NCBI GenBank assembly: GCA_963667785.2
Contig: CAXXMU010000005.1
Span: 320,001 to 384,000 of the forward strand
Length of the DNA: 64,000 bases
From: Alphaproteobacteria bacterium
Lineage (GTDB): Bacteria; Pseudomonadota; Alphaproteobacteria; UBA828
Reading direction: 5' to 3'
This document shows, in pieces, positions 22,605 through 31,856 of the stretch. Made by a program: the position numbers and the translations under genes. Below the pieces are notes generated by a model, which ran no database searches, was not told where the DNA came from, and saw only the letters and a program-made list of their open reading frames with translations. How positions within the stretch are numbered: position 1 is the first letter of the stretch; each line of letters opens with the position of its first letter.

Positions 22605-23003
22605 TCAGACGTCGGGGCCCCAGTCGTCGTACGCCGGCAGGTCGCCGGCCAGCCGGAGCCACGGCAGCCTCGTGTCCGCGAAGATGTGATATCCCGGTTC
22701 GGCTGCCGCGGGATCGCGGAGGCTGCCCACCGTCACGTCGAGTTCCGCGGCGCCATCGATGATGAAAGCGAGGTGGGTTCCGCACTCCCGGCAGAAATAC
22801 CGCGTCGCCTCGGGCGTGGACTTCAGCTCTGCCGGCGAGCCCTTCGTCCAGGACCACGCCGCGGTCGGGAAGGTGATCCACGTCACCACGGGCGCGGCGT
22901 GGACCCGGCGGCAGATGGTGCAGTGGCAGTGGAAGATGCGGAGCAGCTCGGCATCCGCCCGGTAGCGCAACGCGCCGCAATAGCACCCGCCTTCATGGGC
23001 CAT
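22605..23003 (-). CDS. GFA (CENP-V) family protein
   Basis: GGCYCG, HCHCTICRR, FCRECGT. Confidence 0.9.
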   Translation of the reverse strand: MAHEGGCYCGALRYRADAELLRIFHCHCTICRRVHAAPVVTWITFPTAAWSWTKGSPAELKSTPEATRYFCRECGTHLAFIIDGAAELDVTVGSLRDPAAAEPGYHIFADTRLPWLRLAGDLPAYDDWGPDV

Positions 23004-23066
23004 GTCTCGTCCTCCCTCGATCGCCGCCGACGCCGGACGCGCCCGGTCGCTCGCGTGTCACGCCGC

Positions 23067-24443
23067 CTATTGCAGCTCCCGGGCCACCCCGTCGAGGGCG
23101 TTCCGGGCGGTCTCGACGATCCGGTCTATCTGCGCCTCGGTGACGATCAGCGGCGGCGCCAAGACCATGATGTCGCGCACCGCCCGAATTATGACGCCCT
23201 GCTCGAGGCAATGATCCCGGCACTTGACCCCCGCATTCAGGTCGGGGTCGAGGCGCGTGCGCGAGGTCTTGTCCGCGGCGAGTTCGATCGCCCCGATCAT
23301 CCCGATGCCGCGCACCTCGCCGACCAGCGGATGGTCCCCCAGCTCCCGCAGGCGAGCCTGCAGATAGGGGCCGGTCGTCTGCCGCACGGTGTCGACGATG
23401 CCCTCGTCCTGCAGGACACGGATGTTTTCCAGCGCCACCGCACAGGCGACGGGATGTCCGGAATAGGTGAAGCCGTGCGCGAACTCGTCGTCCGCCTCGG
23501 TCAGCGCGTCCGCGACCCGCTCGCCGAGCAGGACGGCCGAGAGCGGCACATAGCTCGAGCTCACGCCCTTGGCGATGGTCATCAGGTCCGGCGTGAAGCC
23601 CAGCGTCTCGCAGCCGAACCACGCGCCGGTTCGCCCGAAACCGCAGATCACCTCGTCCGAAATCAACAGAACATCGTATTCGGCACAGATGCGCTGGACC
23701 TCCGGCCAGTAGCTCGCCGGCGGCACGATCACGCCGCCGGCCCCCTGGATCGGCTCGCCGATGAAGGCCGCGACCCGGTCGGGGCCAAGCGCGAGAATCT
23801 TGTCCTCCAGCGACTTGGCGGCGTGCAGACCGAGCGCGTCCGGGTCCATGTCGCCCTCGTGGTCGAACCAGTATGGCGCCTCGACGTGCTCGAATCCCGG
23901 CAGCGGCAGGTCGGCCTGGGGATGCATGAAGGCCAGCCCCGAAAGACTCGCCGCCGCCAGCGTGACGCCGTGGTAGCCATAGCGCCGGCCAATGATGATC
24001 TTCTTGTCGGGCCGGCCGCACAGGTTCCAGTAGTAGCGGACGATCTTGACGACCGAATCGTTGGCCTCCGATCCGGAGTTCGCGAAGAAGACGTGATTCA
24101 GGGTCCCCGGCGTGAGCTCCGCCAGCTTCGCGGCCAGTTCCACTGCCGGCGGGTTCGTCGACTGGAAGAAGGTGTTGTAGTAGGGCAATTCCAGAAGCTG
24201 GCGATAGGCTGCGTCCGCGAGTTCCTTCCGCCCGTATCCGACATTGACCGACCACAGGCCCGCCAGCCCGTCGAGCAGCTTGTTGCCGTCGGAATCCCAC
24301 AGGCAAGCGCCCTCCGCCCGTGTGATGACCCGGACGCCCCTGGCCGCCAGCTCGGCGTGATTGGTGAAGGGGTGAACGTGATGCTCGCGGTCGAGTGTCT
24401 GCCAGTACCCCGTCGTCTTGTTCTCCAGGCCGGTGCTGGCCAC
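23067..24443 (-). CDS. Class-III PLP aminotransferase (SpuC-like omega-amine transaminase)
   Basis: HVHPFT, NSGSEAND, YHGVT, DEVICGFGRTG, TIAKG, HGFTYSGHP. Confidence 0.92.
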   Translation of the reverse strand: MASTGLENKTTGYWQTLDREHHVHPFTNHAELAARGVRVITRAEGACLWDSDGNKLLDGLAGLWSVNVGYGRKELADAAYRQLLELPYYNTFFQSTNPPAVELAAKLAELTPGTLNHVFFANSGSEANDSVVKIVRYYWNLCGRPDKKIIIGRRYGYHGVTLAAASLSGLAFMHPQADLPLPGFEHVEAPYWFDHEGDMDPDALGLHAAKSLEDKILALGPDRVAAFIGEPIQGAGGVIVPPASYWPEVQRICAEYDVLLISDEVICGFGRTGAWFGCETLGFTPDLMTIAKGVSSSYVPLSAVLLGERVADALTEADDEFAHGFTYSGHPVACAVALENIRVLQDEGIVDTVRQTTGPYLQARLRELGDHPLVGEVRGIGMIGAIELAADKTSRTRLDPDLNAGVKCRDHCLEQGVIIRAVRDIMVLAPPLIVTEAQIDRIVETARNALDGVARELQ

Positions 24444-24952
24444 CTCTTGCCTCCCGATCTCTTCGCACCCGTCGTGCCGTCGACGCTCCGGTCGAGCGCC
24501 ATTGCATCGCCGGCCTCTCCGCCACACCGGGCAACCGGCGGGGTGGAGCGATGCCGGCCAGCGTAGCGACACGGCCGTTCTCGGGCTCGGCGCTCGGTGG
24601 ATCAGGCTACCACGAGTCCGGCCTCGAAACGGGAGCTGCTTCGGCATAAGCCCGGATGACGGGGTTCACAGCTCGAGTATTCCAGACAGGGAAGAGGTGC
24701 CGGGCGTGCGTCGCGGTCGACGGCCCCGCCGGCTCGTCGGAACGAACGAGCCCGTCGCGAGTCATGAAGATTTCGGTGCCCGGCGTTCTCGAAGGGTTGC
24801 AGCCGCGGCCGCGCTTTCTCGCGATCTGGCTGGCGGCGGCGCTCCATATCCGGCGCACGTGCGATTGACACCTGCCGCGGGTGCTGGCCGCCCGACTCCC
24901 GGAAACGGGACGGACGCGGGTGCTGCGCCTCATGGACGGGGGAGCGGAGGAC

Positions 24953-25888
24953 TCAGTCCTGGGAGAGGAATACCTCGCTCATCCCGACAAAGGACCCGAA
25001 GAAGTAGCCGACGCTGTCGTCGGCCTCCCCGAAGTAGGCGTCGCCGAACCCGGTCACGATGCGCGGATCGCCGGCATCGTCCGGCCGGTTGGAGAAGCGG
25101 CCGCCCCATTCGCCCTCCGTGAAGACGACGTCGCGGGCAGGGTGGTGTACCGCGGTGGTGCCGTCGAAGAAGTGCCCGGTGCCGAAGGGCTGTTCCTCAA
25201 GGTGAACCTCGTAGTCGGAGATGTCGTGCTGGACGTCTCCGCGGGAAGCGGGTGCGATAGCCGTGCGGATGGCAAGGTCGCCCGCGCAGCCGATGCAGCC
25301 GCCCACCGTCCCGGCTCCGAAGTCGGCGTCGAGCGTCACCAGTCCCTCGAACCCGTCGAACACGAAGTGGCGCTCCTCGCGCGTCTCACCGGGAGCGTAG
25401 GCGTAGATTCCGCCGGCCAGTCCGGCGTAGGAAGCGGTCCCGGTAACGGGCATCTCGGGCGGGTCTTCGATGTCGAATTCCGGGCCATCGACGATGGAGT
25501 ACTCCACCGTGTCGAAGGGGTCCAGGTCCGGAGGATGCTGGTCGGGATAGTAGGCCCAATATCCTGCCATCAGATAGTCGGCCGGGTCGTCAGCGTCATA
25601 GCTTACCGCGGCGTAGACGAGGGACGTGCCGTGGTTCTTGTCCTGCTGAAAGCGCCAGGCTCGGCCTTGGTGGCCCGGGATCGGGGTGACGAATTCCTCG
25701 ACCGAGTCCACGTCGTCCAGCGTGTTCACGGAGAGTTGGCGGCCGTCCTCAAGGGTGAGATGCACCCGCAGGTACTCTGTCGAGAACTGGGCGACACGCT
25801 CGAAGTCGATACGTTCTTCGGGTTCGGGATCTTCGACATAGCAGCCCGCGAGAACGGCGCAGGCAAGGAGGGGCACGAGAATCCTCAT
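24953..25888 (-). CDS. Acidic lipoprotein with TbpB-like C-terminal beta-barrel
   Basis: Lipobox LAGC at residues 13-16. PVTGTASYAG, LDADFGAGTVGG and GEWGGRF resemble TbpB-type barrel strands. Confidence 0.6.
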   Translation of the reverse strand: MRILVPLLACAVLAGCYVEDPEPEERIDFERVAQFSTEYLRVHLTLEDGRQLSVNTLDDVDSVEEFVTPIPGHQGRAWRFQQDKNHGTSLVYAAVSYDADDPADYLMAGYWAYYPDQHPPDLDPFDTVEYSIVDGPEFDIEDPPEMPVTGTASYAGLAGGIYAYAPGETREERHFVFDGFEGLVTLDADFGAGTVGGCIGCAGDLAIRTAIAPASRGDVQHDISDYEVHLEEQPFGTGHFFDGTTAVHHPARDVVFTEGEWGGRFSNRPDDAGDPRIVTGFGDAYFGEADDSVGYFFGSFVGMSEVFLSQD

Positions 25889-26114
25889 GCCGGAGTCTAG
25901 GCTGCGAGTCCGAAGGGGGTCAATTCACTCATTCGGTATCGTACCGCCTGCCGGCGCGATCCCCCTGTCCTCGAGAGGAGTCGACACGAAGCGGGCGGCG
26001 GCGGGCTGGAGAACGGACGGTCGCTACACGACACGCCAAGGCTGGAGAATCGAGGGACACACGATTCTTGGCATCCGAATGAACCGACTTATATCACTAT
26101 GTCAGTGAGAGACG

Positions 26115-26137
26115 ATGGCGGAAAGGGTGTCCGCCAT
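26115..26137. repeat. Probable att junction (tRNA-Ser 3'-end remnant)
   Basis: atggcgga-aagggtg-tccgccat is an 8-bp inverted repeat around a 7-bp spacer. tggcggaaagggtg matches the tRNA end tggcggagggggtg (46702-46715) at 12/14 in direct orientation. Confidence 0.65.
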
Positions 26138-26277
26138 TTTCGTATTTCGTCCAGTTTCGAGACGTTTGAATAACGCGGTGAATCAATGCGCTTATTGTGA
26201 AAGTCCTGTCTTGCGCCGTTTTGCCGTGTCCCGTATAATCCCGCTTTATTTAGGGAGTAGGAAAGAGGGTGGACCGA

Positions 26278-27501
26278 ATGGCGGACGGTCGAAAACCGAC
26301 GGGCAAGCACCCCGAGAAGAGGCTGAGTCCGGCCTTCGTACGCAAGGCCACCAAGCCAGGTCGCTACTACGACGGCCACGGGCTCTTCTTGAAAGTGGAC
26401 CCCTCCGGCGCCAAGCGGTGGGGACAGAGGCTCGTCATCCACGGGCGGCAACGCACACTTGGGCTGGGTGGATGCGCACTTGTCTCCCTCGCCGAAGCGC
26501 GGGAGGCCGCATTGGCGAACCGCAAGATCGCGCGCGAAGGCGGCGATCCTCTCGCTCAGCGCCGCCGCACAACCAATATCCCGAACTTCCAGGCAGCCGC
26601 CGCAACCGTCATCGAGCTTCACAGGCACGGCTGGCGGAACGAAAAGCATGCAGCGCAATGGGAGTCGACCCTGCGTACCTACGTGTACCCGCGCCTCGGC
26701 CAGCGCTCCGTCGCTGACATCTCGACCGCTGACGTCATGGCAGTTCTCATGCCGATCTGGAACGAGAGATCGGAGACCGCGCGGCGTGTGCGCCAGCGAG
26801 TTTCGACGGTGATGAATTGGGCCGTGGCGCAAGGCTACCGGGCCGACAACCCGGCCGGAGACGCCATCGGCGCGGCGCTCCCCAAGCACAACGGCAAGAC
26901 CAAGCGTCATCATCGAGCTCTGCCGCATGGCGAGGTCGCAGCCGCCATCGAGACGGTGCGCAGCTCGGGCGCTGGGATGTCCGTGAAGCTGGCCTTCGAG
27001 TTCCTGATCCTGACGGCCGCACGCTCAGGCGAGGTCAGGCTCGCCACCTGGGGCGAGATCGACACGGACGCGGCGACCTGGACCGTGCCGGCGACACGAA
27101 TGAAGGCCGGCATCGAGCACCGGGTGCCCCTCTGCGACCGCGCGATGACGATCCTGGACGAGGCGCGGGCGCTCGATGACGGAGGCGGCTTCATCTTCCC
27201 CGGCGCACGCGTCGGCAAGCCGCTGTCGGATATGACGCTGTCCAAGCTCATAGGCGACCTGGGCCTCGATGCTGTGCCGCACGGCTTCCGGTCGAGTTTC
27301 AGGGATTGGGCCTCCGAACTCACCAACGCCCCGCGCGACGTGATGGAGGCCGCTCTCGCCCACACCGTGCGCGACAAGGTCGAGGCCGCCTACAATCGAA
27401 CCGACCTGTTCGACCGCCGCCGCGCGCTCATGGACCAATGGGCTTCCTACCTCGATGGCGCAGGGGGCGCGGTCGTGCAAATGGTGCGACGATATGGGTA
27501 G
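26278..27501 (+). CDS. P4-like tyrosine integrase with arm-DNA-binding domain
   Basis: PGRYYDGHGLFLKV, SLAEAREAA, TAARSGE (catalytic R), PHGFRSSFRDW, LAH..VEAAY. Intact catalytic set. Confidence 0.95.
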   Translation: MADGRKPTGKHPEKRLSPAFVRKATKPGRYYDGHGLFLKVDPSGAKRWGQRLVIHGRQRTLGLGGCALVSLAEAREAALANRKIAREGGDPLAQRRRTTNIPNFQAAAATVIELHRHGWRNEKHAAQWESTLRTYVYPRLGQRSVADISTADVMAVLMPIWNERSETARRVRQRVSTVMNWAVAQGYRADNPAGDAIGAALPKHNGKTKRHHRALPHGEVAAAIETVRSSGAGMSVKLAFEFLILTAARSGEVRLATWGEIDTDAATWTVPATRMKAGIEHRVPLCDRAMTILDEARALDDGGGFIFPGARVGKPLSDMTLSKLIGDLGLDAVPHGFRSSFRDWASELTNAPRDVMEAALAHTVRDKVEAAYNRTDLFDRRRALMDQWASYLDGAGGAVVQMVRRYG

Positions 27502-28339
27502 CCGGGAGTGCCCCTGCCTCTCGTCACAACCTCGCGACATATTGCGCTGGGATGTGGTGGATTTGGAGCAGGAAGCGGTCGAGGTAGAGGGTAAGGACTA
27601 TTTTCTTCTGGACTTGACGCAGCAGAAATTCGCAATCTGCGCGCCTTTAAACGGAGTGCTCGGCGTGCTATTGCGTATTGCACTAGCTGTTAGGGACTCC
27701 AAGCCCAATTGCCACGCCGGTACATTTGGCAGCTTTTGCTATGAGGAGATAATAGTAGAAGCGGAGCGTCTTCTTTTTGAGAGAGCGGGTCCAAGTCTTA
27801 AGCATATTCCGCCGTTGGATCGGGTGCCCTTCACTTCTATTGCTGAAGGGTTATTGACACAGTATCGAGCCAACATCTGCTTGAATTGCTCGTGCCTCCT
27901 AAGGAAAGTTCACCAAGAGCGCGCTTCGTTCGATATCAGCAACCGCATACTGCGAGAGCTTTTGGCGCAGTGCGATCTGGTAGGCGAACATATTCCATTA
28001 GCGTTGCGCGATTGGTCAGCCAACTCACGTTTCACGAATCCGCCTGCACGCCCTAAAGGTAAACCGAGAAACAACTGGTATCGCGACCACCTCATTATCA
28101 TTACTATCGCCACGCTGGCCTACTGGACAGATAAGGCACCAACACGCAACGATGAATCCAGGTTGCGCGACTCAATTTGCGATGCGGTGGTCTGCGCATT
28201 TCAACGCAGTGGATATTCAAGCGTCAACTTTGCGACCGTAAAGCACGCGTGGCTCAATAAAGCAATGACGAATGATGGAAAGCCAATTGGACCCTCCGTA
28301 CTGAAGCGCTGGCGGGCGGAAGACAGCGCCACTGCATGA
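27494..28339 (+). CDS. Hypothetical satellite protein
   Basis: Long ORF in visibly AT-richer DNA between int and alpA. Start uncertain. Confidence 0.6.
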   Translation: MGSRECPCLSSQPRDILRWDVVDLEQEAVEVEGKDYFLLDLTQQKFAICAPLNGVLGVLLRIALAVRDSKPNCHAGTFGSFCYEEIIVEAERLLFERAGPSLKHIPPLDRVPFTSIAEGLLTQYRANICLNCSCLLRKVHQERASFDISNRILRELLAQCDLVGEHIPLALRDWSANSRFTNPPARPKGKPRNNWYRDHLIIITIATLAYWTDKAPTRNDESRLRDSICDAVVCAFQRSGYSSVNFATVKHAWLNKAMTNDGKPIGPSVLKRWRAEDSATA

Positions 28340-28470
28340 AGCCTGGCGTGGAACACGTGCGCCCGGCGGGTATCGAAAATCAGATTTATCGTACACGCGG
28401 TACTCCTGAGATCCTGGCAATCTATTGCCGGATCAGCAAGTCCCACTGCGTATGGCAAAGGAGAAATCGC

Positions 28471-28674
28471 ATGACTGAAGCCATGATCCTCCGGTTGCCC
28501 GCTGTCATCAAAATGACGGGCATTTCGAGGTCTCGCATTCACGTATACATGAATCGTGCGACCGATCCCTTCCCCAGGCCGATCCAGCTCGGTCCCAATT
28601 CAGTTGGTTGGCGCAAATCCGAGGTCGAGGCCTGGCTCAATACCAGGGAACGCACAGCGCCGCGCGCAGCTTGA
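28471..28674 (+). CDS. alpA: AlpA-family regulator/excisionase
   Basis: ILRLPAVIKMTGISRSRI...FPRPIQLGPNSVGWRKSEVEAWL, with an AAGGAG RBS. Confidence 0.9.
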   Translation: MTEAMILRLPAVIKMTGISRSRIHVYMNRATDPFPRPIQLGPNSVGWRKSEVEAWLNTRERTAPRAA

Positions 28675-28732
28675 TGCAAAGGGTTGCAAATGGAAGCGCC
28701 CGCCCAGAGGTGGCAACCGGGATGGACGCAGC

Positions 28733-29089
28733 ATGTCTCGAAAGCGAGCCGAGAGCGCCAACTACGTAGCCCGCGCACACTCCGTTCACAGCAGCGGCGT
28801 TGACTTCGATGCGGTCAACGCGGCAACGATGGTTCACTTGCCGGCGCTATGTATCCGTTGGCTTCCCGACGGACGACGCGAAGGCCACGAGTGGTCTGCG
28901 CGCAATCCGCGCCGTGTGGATCGGCGGCCCGGCTCGTTCAAGGTGAACCTGATTACTGGCCGGTGGGCCGACTTCGCTCTGACGGATGCGCGCGGCGGTG
29001 ATCCCGTGTCGCTCGCCGCGTATCTGTCCGGCCGGTCGCAGACTCAGGCCGCACGCGCCTTGGCCGCTATGCTCGGGCTAGACAAATGA
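28733..29089 (+). CDS. Stand-alone primase N-terminal (zinc-finger-like) domain protein
   Basis: WLPDGRREGHEW..RNPRR.DRRPGSFKVNL.TGRWADFA...GGDPVSL. ATGA overlap with the next gene. Confidence 0.7.
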   Translation: MSRKRAESANYVARAHSVHSSGVDFDAVNAATMVHLPALCIRWLPDGRREGHEWSARNPRRVDRRPGSFKVNLITGRWADFALTDARGGDPVSLAAYLSGRSQTQAARALAAMLGLDK

Positions 29090-31230
29090 GCGACGCTGAC
29101 GGCGATGGCGCTGCCATGTTCAAGCCGTTGAGCGACGCGGAGCGCCAACGAGCAGACCAAGCCGCGCCCGCCGACAGAGACCAGGACCCCCAACCAATCG
29201 TACCGGTTCTGGCTGACGCGCCCACCCCGAACTGGCACCAACTGCGCCCAGAGGAAGCCATGGGTGCCCCGGTCAATTGGTGGACCTACTTCACAGAGGA
29301 TGGCGCCATCGCCTTCCATGTGGTGCGGTGGAAGCACAAGGATCCGCAAGAGCGCGACGTCATCCGCCCGGTCACGTGGTGCCGGCTTCCCAATGAGCAC
29401 ACGCGTTGGCTGTGTAGAGCAATGCAGGCACCGCGCCCGCTCTACGACCTGCCGGACTTGATCGAATCCACCTCAAGGCTGGTCGTTGTCGTCGAGGGCG
29501 AGAAATGCGCCGACGCGGCGGCCCGTGTCTTTCCCGACTGCATCGTCACGACCTGGGCCGGCGGTTCGAAGGCGTGGGCGAAGACGGACTGGCGGCCGCT
29601 CACTGGCCGCGAAATCCTGTTGGTGTCGGATGCCGATGATACGGGCCGCGCCGCGATGCACGAGCTCGCAGCACGCTTGGCGGCAATGGAGTGCACCGTG
29701 CGCCTCTACCTGCCAGAAGGCGACGACGGCTACGACATTGCGGATGCCGTGAACCAACAGGACCAACATGACTTAGAGAAAATGCGCGACCGAATTGAGG
29801 CGCGATCGATACCGTGGGAGCCCGTAGTCTTGGCCACGCCAAACATCAAGGATAACGCTACGTGGCAAAATGAACTCATCGAGCGGATGACCAGCGGTGA
29901 CCTGGATGCAATCGCGAAGCCAGAAACCATTGCCAAGTTGCACGCTCTCCAAGAGAGCAGCCGGCTCAGCGCCGAGCTCTTGCGGGCCAAGCTCTCGGCT
30001 ATCCCCAAGGTGCGGGTGACCTTCCTAGACGCAGCGTTTGGTACAAAGCGCGGCGCTGGTAATGGCGTCAAGCTACAGGGTCAGCTCGTGGAATGGCCTG
30101 AGGTTGTACCTTGGCCCGAAGCGGTTGACGGCCCCGCGTTGCTCGCGGAAATAGCTCGACTGTTTCGCTATTACGTGAGTCTACCGAACGGCGGTGCGGA
30201 AGCGTTGGCGCTATGGACACTCTACGCTTGGGCATTTGAAGCCTTTGGAGTGTGCCCAAACCTGATGATTACAGCGCCGGAACGTGAGAGCGGCAAGACG
30301 CGGGTTACGGAGCTCTTGTCGTGGATAGTCCCACGACCGAATCCAGTGAGCGACGCTTCGGTGGCAGTAATCATCAGGGGCATCGAACGGAACCGCCCCA
30401 CTTTGATAATCGATGAGGCACAGCATTTCTTGAGGCGCCGGCCGGACGATCCGATACGAGGCATTCTTCTTGCGAGCTTCAGTCGGCGATTCGCCATTGT
30501 GGAACGATGTGAAGGCGACAATCACGAACCACGCCGCTTTTCAACTTTTACCCCGAAGGCGATGAACGGTCGCAAGCTCGTTTCTCTAGATGACATGCTG
30601 ACTTCTCGATCCGTAGTCATTCCCTTGACCCGCGCAAGAAAGCGTTACCCGGACCTGAGGGCAGATCGTGACCCCGTCGGCGAGGATCTTCGTCGCAAGT
30701 GCGCTCGTTGGCGCGACGACAACATAACGGCGCTCAGTGACGCTGATCCCGACATGGGCGAACTGTTCGGGCGCATCGCCGATGTGTGGCGACCGCTGTT
30801 CGCCATCGCCGACACCGCCGGGGGCGCTTGGCCGCGCCTGGCGCGTCACACGGCAACGACACTGGCGAACCAGACGTCCGCAATCGCACCGGGCGACACG
30901 CTGGGCGTGCAGCTTCTCAAAGACATCCGCCAAGTGTTTGCAGTTCGAGGCGACCCTGATCAAATCCCGACGACCGATCTCGATCACGCGCTTTGCACCA
31001 TGCCAGAACGCCCATGGGAGACCTTGAGAAACGGCAAGCCGATGACATCGCAAAAACGCGGCAAGATGCTCACCGACTATGGCATTCGCACGAACAAGGC
31101 CCGTGATGGCGAGAGGACGCGGAACGTCTATCTGAAATCGGCGTTCGAAACCGCTTGGAAAGCGTGGCTGCAAGACGCGCCTGTCTCAGAACCGGAACAC
31201 CGGAACAATGGCCTCGAATCAAGTAGTTAG
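29086..31230 (+). CDS. Satellite replication protein: TOPRIM + NTPase-like + DUF3631-like domains
   Basis: VVEGEKCADA, TWAGGS and SDADDTG (TOPRIM); APERESGKT (P-loop-like); LIIDEA; DVWRPLFAIAD.AGG.WP. Confidence 0.8.
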   Translation: MSDADGDGAAMFKPLSDAERQRADQAAPADRDQDPQPIVPVLADAPTPNWHQLRPEEAMGAPVNWWTYFTEDGAIAFHVVRWKHKDPQERDVIRPVTWCRLPNEHTRWLCRAMQAPRPLYDLPDLIESTSRLVVVVEGEKCADAAARVFPDCIVTTWAGGSKAWAKTDWRPLTGREILLVSDADDTGRAAMHELAARLAAMECTVRLYLPEGDDGYDIADAVNQQDQHDLEKMRDRIEARSIPWEPVVLATPNIKDNATWQNELIERMTSGDLDAIAKPETIAKLHALQESSRLSAELLRAKLSAIPKVRVTFLDAAFGTKRGAGNGVKLQGQLVEWPEVVPWPEAVDGPALLAEIARLFRYYVSLPNGGAEALALWTLYAWAFEAFGVCPNLMITAPERESGKTRVTELLSWIVPRPNPVSDASVAVIIRGIERNRPTLIIDEAQHFLRRRPDDPIRGILLASFSRRFAIVERCEGDNHEPRRFSTFTPKAMNGRKLVSLDDMLTSRSVVIPLTRARKRYPDLRADRDPVGEDLRRKCARWRDDNITALSDADPDMGELFGRIADVWRPLFAIADTAGGAWPRLARHTATTLANQTSAIAPGDTLGVQLLKDIRQVFAVRGDPDQIPTTDLDHALCTMPERPWETLRNGKPMTSQKRGKMLTDYGIRTNKARDGERTRNVYLKSAFETAWKAWLQDAPVSEPEHRNNGLESSS

Positions 31231-31320
31231 TGCCTTGGCAATTTGGAACATACATTCGCGAGTGTTCCGGTTCCCCTGTCCCTTAACAGGTTGAATTTCA
31301 ACAACTGTTCCGGTGTTCCA
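31189..31320. repeat. GGAACA/TGTTCC iteron-like cluster (putative satellite origin)
   Basis: GGAACA at 31194, 31202 and 31245; TGTTCC at 31263, 31306 and 31314. Confidence 0.6.
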
Positions 31321-31856
31321 GTCCTTAACCGTGGGGAGCTGGGAGCGTGACCTCGCCCGTGTTGCCGATCTGCGACGGGGTGCAGCCCCCGAACGCTCGG
31401 GACTTATACGCCTAACTAGTGTCCTGCTTCCGAAGTTCGCGTGATTTCGGTGCGGACGTCCGACCTGCACGAGCCGTCCAATTTCATCGTCATGCCCGGA
31501 CTTGTTCCGGACTCGTTTGCCAACCTAGCCAAACGCCGACCCCCGCCGCCTGTTGCCGTCCACACTGCTATAAGTCACTGTATCATATAGAATTTGCTGG
31601 TGTCCACCGGTCCTTTTCTCCTTGAACCGCCGCCACGGATCGTCTCAAATTGCCCCCGATTTGCTGTCGCTCGATTCCGGTTTGATGACTGGATTTCGGG
31701 CGCAACCGGCGATGGCGGAATTCCGTTCGGTCACGCGGTGATGGAAAGGGAGGAAGAGGCCAGCGGCTCCAGGGGTGGCGAGACGGAGCCCGGAGTTTCC
31801 GTCGACTTCCTCATCATCGCCATCCCTCGGACGAACGCCTTCGGGGAGAGAAAACC

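Noticed and set aside
31596-31640. tRNA-like 3' end (…GGACACCA, minus strand) at the satellite boundary
   Set aside because: No cloverleaf. At most a degenerate att remnant, used only as a soft boundary.
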